This document shows, piece by piece, positions 1 to 9,321 of a stretch of 64,000 nucleotides of DNA. Below the pieces are notes generated by a model. It saw only the letters and a program-made list of their open reading frames with translations, was not told the DNA's origin and did not search any database. The stretch is from positions 132,631 to 196,630 of the forward strand of contig JALOPZ010000002.1 in the NCBI GenBank assembly GCA_025453605.1, in the 5' to 3' direction. Every line of letters begins with the position of its first letter. Position 1 is the stretch's first letter. The position numbers were made by a program, and so were the translations under genes. The stretch is from Candidatus Margulisiibacteriota bacterium (GTDB lineage: Bacteria; Margulisbacteria; WOR-1; O2-12-FULL-45-9; XYB2-FULL-48-7).

Positions 1-1
1 C

Positions 2-418
2 GAGCTGATGGAAGCTTATTCGCTCATTAAACAGGTCGTGAAAAATCTGCCGGATGGGCCGATCGCCGTCCGTGCCCCCCGCAAGATCCCGGCCGGCGAG
101 GCGCTCAGCCGCTACGAGGCGCCGCGCGGCGAGGATGTCCACTACGTCAAATCGAACGGGACCGAGAACCCGGAGCGGGTCAAAGTGCGCGCGCCGACAT
201 TAGCGAACACCCAGGCGATCGCCAAGATGCTGGAAGACCGCTATCTGGCCGACCTGCCGATCGTGGTCGCGGCGATCGACCCGTGCTTCTCCTGCACCGA
301 TCGGGCGATCGAGGTCGAGGGACGAGGGTTGATGTCGTGGGAAAAGCTGCGCCGCTACAGTATCGACTGGTACCGGGCGCAGGGAGTGGATTTTAGGAAT
401 GTTAAGCGCGTTATTTAA
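2..418 (+). CDS. Group 4 [NiFe]-hydrogenase large subunit, C-terminal part (5'-truncated by window edge)
   Basis: EAPRGE, RVKVRAPT and Ni-binding DPCFSC motifs followed by a C-terminal extension; frame open to window start. Confidence 0.9.
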   Translation, partial: ELMEAYSLIKQVVKNLPDGPIAVRAPRKIPAGEALSRYEAPRGEDVHYVKSNGTENPERVKVRAPTLANTQAIAKMLEDRYLADLPIVVAAIDPCFSCTDRAIEVEGRGLMSWEKLRRYSIDWYRAQGVDFRNVKRVI

Positions 419-1337
419 TATCCTGATCTTTCCGGGCCTGTTTTTTCTGTCGTTCCTCGGGACGACGGCGGAATATATCGACCGGAAACTGTACGCCCGG
501 TTCCAGAACCGGGTCGGCCCGCCGTGGTTCCAGCCGGTCGCCGACCTGATCAAGCTCTTTGCCAAAAGCGAAGTGATCCCTGAAGAGGCCGATCCGGTGA
601 TGTTTCGGGTCGTGCCGCTGGTCGCCCTGGCGGCCACGGTCACCGCTTTTCTCTACATCCCGATCTGGGGGACCGAGGCACTTTACTATTTCAAGGGCGA
701 CCTGATCGTCATCATCTACCTGCTGACCCTGCCGACCTTTACCTTTTTCCTCGGCGGCTGGTATTCGCGCTCGCTCTATGCCACGATCGGCGCGATCCGC
801 TCGGTGACGCAGCTCTTTGCCTACGAGATCCCGCTGCTGCTCGCTGTGCTGGCGCCGGCGCTCCTGGCCAACACCTGGTCGCTGTCGGAGATGACCGAGT
901 ATTATACGGTCCATCCCTGGTACTGGCTTTTTAATCTGGTCGGTTTCGGCGTCGCGCTGATCGCTCTGCTCGGCAAGCTGGAACGGGTGCCGTTCGACAG
1001 CCCCGAAGCGGAGACCGAGATCGTCGCCGGCAGCTTTACCGAGTACAGCGGCCGGTTCCTCGGTTGGTTCCGCTGGGCGATCGATGTGGAGGCGGTGGTC
1101 GGCGCTTCGCTCCTGGCGGCGGTTTTTCTCCCCTTTGGCCTCAGCCTTTGGCCCCCGTTGGTCTTTGGTCTGTACCTCCTGAAGATCCTGTTCATCCTCT
1201 GTCTGCTGACCCTGGCCCGGACCGTCATGGCCCGCCTGCGGATCGATCAGATGATCGACTTTTGCTGGCGGATCCTGGCCCCGGTCGCTTTTTTCCAGCT
1301 GATCTTTGACCTGATCATTAAGGAGCTGATCCTCTGA
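399..1337 (+). CDS. Hydrogenase membrane subunit (NuoH/HycD/MbhM family)
   Basis: RFQNRVGPPWFQPVADLIKL and RVPFDSPEAETEIVAGSFTEYSG motifs; multiple TM segments. Confidence 0.92.
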   Translation: MLSALFNILIFPGLFFLSFLGTTAEYIDRKLYARFQNRVGPPWFQPVADLIKLFAKSEVIPEEADPVMFRVVPLVALAATVTAFLYIPIWGTEALYYFKGDLIVIIYLLTLPTFTFFLGGWYSRSLYATIGAIRSVTQLFAYEIPLLLAVLAPALLANTWSLSEMTEYYTVHPWYWLFNLVGFGVALIALLGKLERVPFDSPEAETEIVAGSFTEYSGRFLGWFRWAIDVEAVVGASLLAAVFLPFGLSLWPPLVFGLYLLKILFILCLLTLARTVMARLRIDQMIDFCWRILAPVAFFQLIFDLIIKELIL

Positions 1338-1738
1338 TGGCCAAGAAATTCTTTATTCGCCCCGGCGCGATGATCGCCCTGGTGCTCAAAACCTTGTTCC
1401 AGAAGCCGGCGACGGTCGATTACCCGAACAAGCCGCTGCCGATGCCGGAGCATTTTCGGGGCAAACTCGATTTTATGCCTGAGAAGTGTATCGGCTGCCT
1501 GCTCTGCATGAAGGATTGCCCGACCGATGCGATCGAGATCAAGAAGCTCGGCGACAAGAAGTTCGAGATGGATATCGACCTGGGGAAGTGCATCTACTGC
1601 GGCCAGTGCGTTGACTCTTGCTTGAAAAAAGCGCTGGCGATCACCCCGAACTTCGAACTGGCCCAGTTCTCCCACGACAAACTGAGGGTCGTTTTTAATG
1701 CCGCTGGATCTCCGGACGGAACTGACCAAAAGGCTTGA
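1337..1738 (+). CDS. 2x[4Fe-4S] subunit (NuoI/HycF/MbhN-like)
   Basis: CIGCLLCMKDCP and CIYCGQCVDSC ferredoxin motifs; operon context. Confidence 0.92.
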   Translation: MAKKFFIRPGAMIALVLKTLFQKPATVDYPNKPLPMPEHFRGKLDFMPEKCIGCLLCMKDCPTDAIEIKKLGDKKFEMDIDLGKCIYCGQCVDSCLKKALAITPNFELAQFSHDKLRVVFNAAGSPDGTDQKA

Positions 1739-2177
1739 CGGGGCAGGGCACATTGTCCTGCTGGCGGTCGGCTCCGAGCTGCGCGGCGACGACGCGGCCG
1801 GCCTGCTGGTCGCCGCCGAGCTGAAGAACTTGCCGCAACTGACCGTTTTGATCGGCGGGACCGCGCCGGAAAATCTGACCGGCCAGATCAAGAAGCTAAA
1901 ACCGTCGCACCTCATAATCGTTGACGCGGCTGAACTCAAGGAAGCCACTGGTACGGTCCGGCTGGTGGAATTAGAGGAGATCGGCGGTTTTTCCTTTTCG
2001 ACCCACGCGCTGCCGCTTAAAGTGATGATCGATTTTATCCTGCAGGACCACCACTGCGCGGTCTTGATCGTGGCCATTCAGCCAAAAGACACCACATTCG
2101 GGGCGCCGGTCGACCCGGCCGTTAGCCGGGCCGCCGCGCAGGTAGCGGCCGATCTAACCGCTGCTATTTCTTCTTAG
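1698..2177 (+). CDS. hycI: Hydrogenase maturation endopeptidase, HycI-type
   Basis: GSELRGDDAAG, GGTAPEN, IVDAA and STHALPL motifs. Confidence 0.88.
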   Translation: MPLDLRTELTKRLDGAGHIVLLAVGSELRGDDAAGLLVAAELKNLPQLTVLIGGTAPENLTGQIKKLKPSHLIIVDAAELKEATGTVRLVELEEIGGFSFSTHALPLKVMIDFILQDHHCAVLIVAIQPKDTTFGAPVDPAVSRAAAQVAADLTAAISS

Positions 2178-2418
2178 CTTTCGGCTCTTGGTCCCGTTCG
2201 ACGGAGATCGTGCATTCGGTCACGAGCGCGGCGACCGCGCCGATGGCGGCCAGGACCGGGGCGAGCAGGGCCCCAACCACGCCGAAAGTCAGCGGGAACG
2301 ACATCAGGTCCTTGCCGTCCTTGTCCTTGATCGTGATCTTGCGGACGTTCCCTTCCTTGATGATCTCCTTGACCTTGGACAGCAGCAGCTCACCGTTAAC
2401 CTTAAATTCTTCAGTCAT
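2164..2418 (-). CDS. DUF4342 family small protein
   Basis: KVKEIIKEGNVRKITIK...PLTFGVVGALLAPVLAAIGAVAALVTECTISVER pattern; GGAGG RBS. Confidence 0.8.
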   Translation of the reverse strand: MTEEFKVNGELLLSKVKEIIKEGNVRKITIKDKDGKDLMSFPLTFGVVGALLAPVLAAIGAVAALVTECTISVERDQEPKAKKK

Positions 2419-2467
2419 TGCGCACCTCCGGCATCATTATAGTATACTTACCGGCGGAGGTGTAGCG

Positions 2468-2713
2468 ATGAATATTTTGGATCTGGTCTCGATCGGTCTG
2501 GAAGCGGTCGCGGTGGTGATCTGCCTGTTGATCGCCACGCAAAAAAATAAAAGCTGGGCCTGGTTCCTGGCGTTGACGTTCGCGATCTATGTCGGCTATG
2601 ACCTGGCCCGATATTTTGGCTGGCAGGCGGTCCCGATCCTGTTATACGTCGGGTTCCTGATCGCTTCGCTCTCCGCCGTCTGGGCGGTCTGGCAGATCTA
2701 TCGGAGCAGCTAG
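2468..2713 (+). CDS. Small 3-TM membrane protein
   Basis: GGAGG RBS before ATG 2468; hydrophobic ORF (3' part of ORF 2210-2713). Confidence 0.7.
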   Translation: MNILDLVSIGLEAVAVVICLLIATQKNKSWAWFLALTFAIYVGYDLARYFGWQAVPILLYVGFLIASLSAVWAVWQIYRSS

Positions 2714-3351
2714 GCTTTTTGTTCGCGCCGGCGTTTGGTCCGCCAGCTGATCGCGGACATGATCAGCGGGATCAGCAGGAAGAGATTGGCGCTGTGCCGG
2801 GGAAAGACCAGCGCGCCGGCCATCGCCAGCAGGGCAATGGCCGGGATCGTCATGCTGGCCAGGAGCGAAGCGTTGATAAAGTCCTCTTCCAGCGGCTGTT
2901 CGGTAAAGCTTTTCCCCTTGACCGCGTACGCCCAGTTGAGCAAAAAGAAAAGACCGATCAGGAAAATGTTACCGGCAAAGAATAGTTCGGCCAGCATTTG
3001 ACCCTCAAAGTCCCCCTCCAGCGACGCCGAAAACGGGATCAGCACGATCGCGGCGAGCAGGCCGATGTTGATCCAGAGCAAGGTCTTGTCTGACCGCTTG
3101 ATGTGGTGGAATTGCTGGTTATGGATCACCCAGAAAACGGCCAGCAGCACAAAGCTGAGCAGAAAATTAAAAAAACGGGGGACCTGGCCGAAGAGCAGGG
3201 CGGAGAGCGGCGTGCCCGAGGCGACAGCCGCGTCGGGGAACTGCAGGTCAAGGACCAGGAGCGTCATCGCAAAGGCGAAGATCCCGTCCGACAGCGCCTC
3301 GATCCGGTTGGTCGACAGGTGATGGTGATGCTCAGCCTGTATTTTTGTCAT
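2710..3351 (-). CDS. TMEM175/DUF1211 family potassium channel
   Basis: RIEALSDGIFAFAMTLLVL signature; 6 TM segments. Confidence 0.9.
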   Translation of the reverse strand: MTKIQAEHHHHLSTNRIEALSDGIFAFAMTLLVLDLQFPDAAVASGTPLSALLFGQVPRFFNFLLSFVLLAVFWVIHNQQFHHIKRSDKTLLWINIGLLAAIVLIPFSASLEGDFEGQMLAELFFAGNIFLIGLFFLLNWAYAVKGKSFTEQPLEEDFINASLLASMTIPAIALLAMAGALVFPRHSANLFLLIPLIMSAISWRTKRRREQKA

Positions 3352-3393
3352 GGCTATATTATAATCCCGCGGCCGAAGGGCGACAACCGGTGA

Positions 3394-4074
3394 TCACAGT
3401 CGAACCGGCCGGCCGACGGAAAAGATCACCCCTTCGGAGCGGATCGACTCGGTGATCACGTAGCTGCCGTAACCGATCTGCCAGGAGAGGGGGAATTCAG
3501 ATGAGGCCATGTCCTCCTCCAGGCCGGCGTAAAGCCGAAAACCGAGCCCCCCCAAACGGCCTTCCGTGCCGAAAATGTTCAAGGCTAAACCAGCCCCGCA
3601 GTACGGGGTCCGGTCCCAAGCCGAGCGCTCGCGGAAATTGAGCCGCGCCCCCAGATCGAGCGGGACGGAAAAAAAACCGTGAGCGTTAAGTCCGTTGCCG
3701 ATCAGCAACCCGGTCCCGACCAGATATTCCAGCGCATCTTCGGCCAACCCGAGCTGCCGGCCCCACTGTTGCGGGTCACGAATGATCAGGTCGCCGGTCG
3801 CTCCCAGCAGCCCGAACAAGCCTTGCTGCCCTTGCCGGTTGAGAAGATAAAACCCGTTGACCCGGCCGGCGGCTGCCAGCTTGAACAAGCCTTTTTCTTT
3901 TTGATAGACGGGGTATTCGGCTGTCGGCGCTGCCGGGGCCGGCTCGACGATCGCTGATTCCGCATCCGGCGGCACGAGCGGGGTGGTTTGCGGTTGGAAA
4001 TCGAGGGTGGGGGCGGCCGCCCAGACGGCGGACGCCATAATAATCTGACAACAGATGATCGCGCTCTTTTTCAT
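3394..4074 (-). CDS. Exported beta-barrel-like protein, paralog of 12332-13126
   Basis: Signal peptide MKKSAII...AVWA, Pro-rich linker, Gly/aromatic-rich amphipathic strands. Confidence 0.65.
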   Translation of the reverse strand: MKKSAIICCQIIMASAVWAAAPTLDFQPQTTPLVPPDAESAIVEPAPAAPTAEYPVYQKEKGLFKLAAAGRVNGFYLLNRQGQQGLFGLLGATGDLIIRDPQQWGRQLGLAEDALEYLVGTGLLIGNGLNAHGFFSVPLDLGARLNFRERSAWDRTPYCGAGLALNIFGTEGRLGGLGFRLYAGLEEDMASSEFPLSWQIGYGSYVITESIRSEGVIFSVGRPVRL

Positions 4075-4112
4075 CACCGGCAAGAATATCAGTTTTAGGG
4101 TAAAATACAAGG

Positions 4113-6938
4113 GTGATGAATAGGAAGCTGATCTGGCTGGCCTTGATCGCCATTTTACTTTGCCCGGCGGCCGCGGCGGAAATTGAACTGCCGAGCCTGC
4201 GGGCGATCAATGCGACCAACTGGGGAAAGTACTTCAACGAGCTGATGGTCGAACCCGATCCGAGCCGGGGTGAAGTGTTCCTCCTGCCGGCCGATGCTCA
4301 TCTTTTATATCAGGTATTGCCAAAAGGAGTGCCCCTGACGGTCAAATCTTACCGGCCAACGGCCGGTGATCCCTCCTTTCAGCCGGAAAACATCCCCTTG
4401 CTGGCGAGACAGGTTTCCACCCCGGACGATCTGGCCAGATGCCGGCAAATATTGATCAACGCTTCGGCCGAGGCAGTGATCTACCCGGGCCTGAAACGGC
4501 TCTTCCTCCTGGTTGACGGGGTGCCTTACGCCCAGGTAGCGGTGGCGGCCGGGCTGGAGGAGCCATTCCTGCCGCCGGGCGAGAATTTCCTGGCCCGGCC
4601 CGCTCCGGCGGGCAACTATCGGCTCAGCGAGAAGAGCGACCATTATTTAAGCGGAACTTATTATGACCGATCCGTTATCCCCTTTGGGGCGTGGTTGCGG
4701 CCGATCAAAGGGATCTGGTCTTATGAGAAAGGCGGATATTGGTTCCGGGTGCCGGCCGCGGTGGCTGATGATCTGCAAGCCGTTCCCGCCCGCCGCCGCT
4801 TCCGTTATTACGACGCGAATCTGGATAACGACGGACGGCTGCTCGCTGCCCGCTGGGGCAACAATGAATTCGGGCGTTACGCGCTCTTCTGGACAGCCCG
4901 CGGCGGGCTCGGATACCCTTACTGCGCTTACGCGCCGGACAACGCGGTCTACGACCAGGTAATGCTGACCAAATGCCTGGTGCAGCTGCTGACGGCGCCG
5001 GGGAGCGATGATTTGGGCGACCGCCTGGCGGCTAATACTGATCTCCGCCGCTGGCAGGCGCTCGCCGGCTATCTGGCCGCCGGCGGGACCGTCCTTTCTT
5101 CAGCCGAAGAAGAGGGAGTCAGATTATTAAGTGAAAATATTCTTCCCCGGGAGAGCGAGGCGCGGCAGCGCGCGCTGGGTCAGTATTACCAGGCCGAGCG
5201 GAAAACGCTAGCTTATCGACGCCGGGTCAAATGGCTGGAGAAGGTCAGCCGCGAATGGCAATTCCTCCGCCAGCTGCGTGAGCAGCTTCGCGCCGATTTC
5301 GACCGGCTGGGTATTTATGCTCTGCAGAACAGGGAGAACATCCTGGAAAACTGGTTAACCGAACGGCTGGAGTGCCGTTTGGTCAGTCCGCCGACTGGCG
5401 CCAAGTATCTGCTGCCGCCGACCTTCAATGCCTTTTTCCGGCCCCAGACCAAGCCGTCGCTCTTTGACGTTCGCGAACGGGCGGTGATGAAGGAGCTGAT
5501 CAGGCGGGCGGTCAGCGGCGAGGTCGGCGGTTTGGCGCTCCGTTCGGTCGTTGCGCTTAACAGTTATAATTTCGGCCGGATCCTGAACGATATCCTGGGC
5601 GATCTGTACAAGAGCCACGGCTGCATTCACGTTTCGCCGCGCAATAGCTATTTTCTTTATGAACTGATCCCGCCCGGGGCGGCGCTGGTCGTCCACCCGT
5701 ACAGTGCAGTGATCAGCGCCGAAACGCTGGCGGCTGTCCCCCCATTTGCCGACCTGATCAATCACCAGGATGATCTGGAGCGGCTTAAACCGGAGTTCGC
5801 CGATCCCAAGGCGGTCCGGCTCGACGTCTACCCGAGCTCCGGCAGCTGGCTCATCAGCCTCAAGGGTAAACCGCTGTCGACGATCTTTGTGAAGGGTGGC
5901 GGCCAGAAAGTGATGAGAATGATGCAGGGGCGGGATGATAAGGGGCGGCCCATTTTTGAAAAAGCGCTCGCTTATCCGACCTCGCCGGGGCGTTTCCGGA
6001 TCCTCAAGCGGACCCGGGATTACGTCTCCAAGCTCTACTACGACCAGACGATCGTTCCGCAGGGTGGCGAGATCGTCCGCCAGGGCGACGGTTGGCAGTT
6101 TACGGACGCGGCGGGAAAACGGCGGCCTTTGCCCAAGCCGCTGGCCGCCGACCTGAATAGCCCGGAAGAAGCCCGGGAATACAGATTTTTCGATCCCCGG
6201 ACCAATGCCAGCGGCGAAGTGGTCAGTATTCGCTGGGGGAGCCATCCATTCGGGACTTACGCTCTGCAGTCGACCAAAGACGGTAAAACACCCTGGCCGG
6301 AGCTGATTCATTCGTCCGGCGACCTGATCATGGAAGAACGGCAGCTGATCGATGATCTGATCCTGATCATGTCCGCTCCCTACGACGAGCTTGATCATTG
6401 TCTGGAGAACAGCGGTGATTTCCAGACCTACAAGACCTGCTACGAACTGGCCAGCGGGACCGGCTCGGGCGAGTCACTCGGCGACCTGGTCAGAGGGAGT
6501 TATAAGCTCCACTACGGGAAACCGTTGACTGCCGGCGAAGAGGCGACTCTGGACCCCGACATGATCGCTGCCTGCCGGTATGATCGGGGCGAAAAACTGA
6601 CTACATCTGAGGAGGCGGCGCTGATCACCGCGGGAGTGGCGGTCAGAAAACAGGGAAAACTGAAAGTCGACCGGCCGAAACTGGCCGGACTGGTCTACGA
6701 TAATTACCAATTCGCGGTGGCGATCGAGAAATACGCTCATCATTATGCGACCGTTCGGCGCTACTGGCCGGAGCTGGCGCAACTGCGCCAGGCGCTCCTG
6801 CTCGATTTTAACGACCTGGTGATCAAAGACCCCCTCATCTTCCAGTCATTCATTCGTGAATTGATGCTGGCGCGGACCCGGCTGGAGCAATTAACGCCCG
6901 ATCAGGCGCTGCGGGAGCTGGCCCGTTTAACCGACTGA
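4113..6938 (+). CDS. Large exported protein with two tandem YkuD (L,D-transpeptidase)-like repeats
   Basis: Signal peptide; SHGCIHV...LYELIPPGAALVV motif; PTSPGRFRI; ~450-aa internal duplication. Confidence 0.75.
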   Translation: MMNRKLIWLALIAILLCPAAAAEIELPSLRAINATNWGKYFNELMVEPDPSRGEVFLLPADAHLLYQVLPKGVPLTVKSYRPTAGDPSFQPENIPLLARQVSTPDDLARCRQILINASAEAVIYPGLKRLFLLVDGVPYAQVAVAAGLEEPFLPPGENFLARPAPAGNYRLSEKSDHYLSGTYYDRSVIPFGAWLRPIKGIWSYEKGGYWFRVPAAVADDLQAVPARRRFRYYDANLDNDGRLLAARWGNNEFGRYALFWTARGGLGYPYCAYAPDNAVYDQVMLTKCLVQLLTAPGSDDLGDRLAANTDLRRWQALAGYLAAGGTVLSSAEEEGVRLLSENILPRESEARQRALGQYYQAERKTLAYRRRVKWLEKVSREWQFLRQLREQLRADFDRLGIYALQNRENILENWLTERLECRLVSPPTGAKYLLPPTFNAFFRPQTKPSLFDVRERAVMKELIRRAVSGEVGGLALRSVVALNSYNFGRILNDILGDLYKSHGCIHVSPRNSYFLYELIPPGAALVVHPYSAVISAETLAAVPPFADLINHQDDLERLKPEFADPKAVRLDVYPSSGSWLISLKGKPLSTIFVKGGGQKVMRMMQGRDDKGRPIFEKALAYPTSPGRFRILKRTRDYVSKLYYDQTIVPQGGEIVRQGDGWQFTDAAGKRRPLPKPLAADLNSPEEAREYRFFDPRTNASGEVVSIRWGSHPFGTYALQSTKDGKTPWPELIHSSGDLIMEERQLIDDLILIMSAPYDELDHCLENSGDFQTYKTCYELASGTGSGESLGDLVRGSYKLHYGKPLTAGEEATLDPDMIAACRYDRGEKLTTSEEAALITAGVAVRKQGKLKVDRPKLAGLVYDNYQFAVAIEKYAHHYATVRRYWPELAQLRQALLLDFNDLVIKDPLIFQSFIRELMLARTRLEQLTPDQALRELARLTD

Positions 6939-6960
6939 AACTGTGTTATAATAGCTGATC

Positions 6961-8175
6961 ATGCCACACACGAACTTTTTCGGCCTGGGGATCGCCCCGG
7001 GATTGCTGGATGTCCTGCAAAAGCTCAAATTTGTTACGCCGACGCCGATCCAGGCGAAGGCGATACCGACCGCGATCGAAGGGAAAGACCTGATCGGGGT
7101 TGCCCAGACCGGGACCGGCAAGACGCTCGCTTTCGGTGTCCCGATGATCCAGCGGTTAGCCGGTTTACGGGGCAAGGGTTTGGTTCTGGCCCCGACCAGG
7201 GAGTTGGCTTTGCAGATCGACGACGCGCTCCGCCCGTTCGTTAATTCCGCTAACATCCGGACAGCCGTCCTGATCGGCGGCGCTTCCATGCATTTACAGG
7301 TGCAAGCGCTCCGCCGCCAGCCGCGGATCATTGTGGCCACACCGGGCCGACTTAATGATCATCTTGAACAGCGGACGGTCAACCTTTCCGATGTTAATAT
7401 TCTGGTCCTGGACGAGGCCGACCGGATGCTGGACATGGGTTTTGCCCCGCAGATCTCCCGGATCGTCCGTCATATCCCGCCCGACCGGCAAACGCTCCTT
7501 TTTTCGGCGACCATGCCGAGTTCGATCATCAACCTGGCCCGCTCGTACATGAAGCTGCCGGTCCAGGTGGAAGTCGCGCCCGCCGGGACCGCGGCGGAGA
7601 ATGTCACCCAGGAGGTCTTCTTTATCCGCAAGGAAGACAAGCCCAAGCTCCTCGGCAAGATGCTGGAGCAGTACCGCGGCACTGTCCTGATCTTTTCCCG
7701 GACCAAGCGGGGCGCTTCGCGGATCGCCCGCGGTTTAAAGGGGATGGGCCATAACGCCGCCGAGATCCATTCCGACCGGTCGCTCGCCCAGCGCAAGGAA
7801 GCGCTGCAGGGGTTCAAAACCGGCAAGTACCGGATCCTGGTCGCGACCGATATCGCCGCCCGGGGGATCGATGTCACCGGGATCGAACTGGTGGTCAACT
7901 ACGACCTGCCCGATGACGCGGAAAATTATGTTCACCGGATCGGCCGAACCGGCCGGGCGGGGCAGGAGGGGCGGGCGGTTTCGTTCGCTACCCCGGAACA
8001 AAGCAGCGACGTTCGCAATATCGAAAAACTGATGCGGACCGCCCTGCCGGTCGCCAAGCATCCGGAACTGTCGGTGGAAGTGATGCAACCAAAACAGGCG
8101 CCCCCGACGATCGGGACGCACTGGCGCCAGCGGGGACTGAGCTCTTACGGCGCGCGCCACCGGCGCCGGCGCTGA
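6961..8175 (+). CDS. DEAD-box RNA helicase (RhlE-like)
   Basis: Q motif, AQTGTGKT, PTRELA, DEAD, SAT, ARGID, HRIGRTGR. Confidence 0.96.
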   Translation: MPHTNFFGLGIAPGLLDVLQKLKFVTPTPIQAKAIPTAIEGKDLIGVAQTGTGKTLAFGVPMIQRLAGLRGKGLVLAPTRELALQIDDALRPFVNSANIRTAVLIGGASMHLQVQALRRQPRIIVATPGRLNDHLEQRTVNLSDVNILVLDEADRMLDMGFAPQISRIVRHIPPDRQTLLFSATMPSSIINLARSYMKLPVQVEVAPAGTAAENVTQEVFFIRKEDKPKLLGKMLEQYRGTVLIFSRTKRGASRIARGLKGMGHNAAEIHSDRSLAQRKEALQGFKTGKYRILVATDIAARGIDVTGIELVVNYDLPDDAENYVHRIGRTGRAGQEGRAVSFATPEQSSDVRNIEKLMRTALPVAKHPELSVEVMQPKQAPPTIGTHWRQRGLSSYGARHRRRR

Positions 8176-8181
8176 CAACTG

Positions 8182-9120
8182 ATGCGGCTCCGCCCGATCG
8201 CTTTTTTTCTGGCTCTTTTGTTGCTCGCGCCCGCCTGGTCCAAACAACCGCCTGAGTTCGATCCTGAGTCGCTGCCGGAGATCGCCGCGCAGAAATTCGA
8301 CGGTCGGGACCTCCAGATCGTCAAAACGCTGGCCAAGAACGCTGTTTATACCCGGTACCTGATCAGTTACCGGAGCGGCCAGCTAAAGATCTCCGGCATC
8401 ATGAACGTGCCGGCCGGGCCAGGCCCGTTCCCGGTCGTTATCACCAACCACGGCTACATCTCGCCGCGGATCTACACCGTCGGACGCGGCCTGAAACGAG
8501 AACAGGATTACCTGGCCCGGCGCGGGTTTGTCGTTATCCATCCCGACTACCGGAACCATGGCCTGTCGGATAAGGACCCGGAAAGCGAGAACGGCTTGCG
8601 CCTGGGTTATGTTGAGGATGTGATCAACGCTGTTCTGGCGGTCAAACAAAGTGATTATCAATTTCTGGACAAGGAAAAGATCGGTATGATGGGCCATTCG
8701 CTCGGCGGCGGGATCTGCCTTAACATCATGACGACCAAGCCGGACCTGATCAAAGCCTTTGTCCTCTACGCGCCGGTCAGTGCCGATTACATTGATAATT
8801 TCAATCGTTGGGGGCGGAGTAACCGGGAAACAGCCGAAAGTTTGCTCGCCAAATACGGTTCGCCGGAACCGACCGCTGCTTTTTGGCACAACATGTCTGC
8901 GATCAACTATCTGGACAGGGTGGCTGTGCCGGTCCAGCTGCACCACGGGACCAGGGATGAATCGTGTTATATTGAGTGGTCAGACCGGCTGGCGGCCGCG
9001 CTGAAAGCCAAAGGGAAGAACGTTGCCTATTACCGCTATCCGGGCGAACGCCACGAATTCGGCCCGCAGTGGACGCAGTTCATGGCCCGGACGGCCAAAT
9101 ATTTTCACGATCTGCTATAA
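8182..9120 (+). CDS. Exported alpha/beta hydrolase (S9 peptidase-like)
   Basis: Signal peptide; GHSLGG nucleophile elbow; HGTRD; C-terminal His (ERHEF). Confidence 0.85.
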   Translation: MRLRPIAFFLALLLLAPAWSKQPPEFDPESLPEIAAQKFDGRDLQIVKTLAKNAVYTRYLISYRSGQLKISGIMNVPAGPGPFPVVITNHGYISPRIYTVGRGLKREQDYLARRGFVVIHPDYRNHGLSDKDPESENGLRLGYVEDVINAVLAVKQSDYQFLDKEKIGMMGHSLGGGICLNIMTTKPDLIKAFVLYAPVSADYIDNFNRWGRSNRETAESLLAKYGSPEPTAAFWHNMSAINYLDRVAVPVQLHHGTRDESCYIEWSDRLAAALKAKGKNVAYYRYPGERHEFGPQWTQFMARTAKYFHDLL

Positions 9121-9153
9121 TAGCAAATCAACGAATGAGAAGGGGGCTGAAAA

Positions 9154-9321
9154 ATGATCGCAGAAAGAAGTGAGTTCAAAGGGAAGCCGACGCTGGTCCT
9201 GAAACGGGGCGAGGATGAGAAATATCCGTTCTCCTTCGGCTTGATGAAAGCCAAGATGATCCTGGAGCACCTCGAGGACATTAAAAAGTTCGTCGCGGAG
9301 AACGATAAAGCGGCCGCTTAA
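9154..9321 (+). CDS. 55-aa small protein missing from ORF track (MIAERSEFKGKPTLVLKRGEDEKYPFSFGLMKAKMILEHLEDIKKFVAENDKAAA)
   Basis: Manual translation; AAGGGGG RBS; TGCTATAAT upstream; fills an intergenic gap. Confidence 0.75.
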   Translation: MIAERSEFKGKPTLVLKRGEDEKYPFSFGLMKAKMILEHLEDIKKFVAENDKAAA

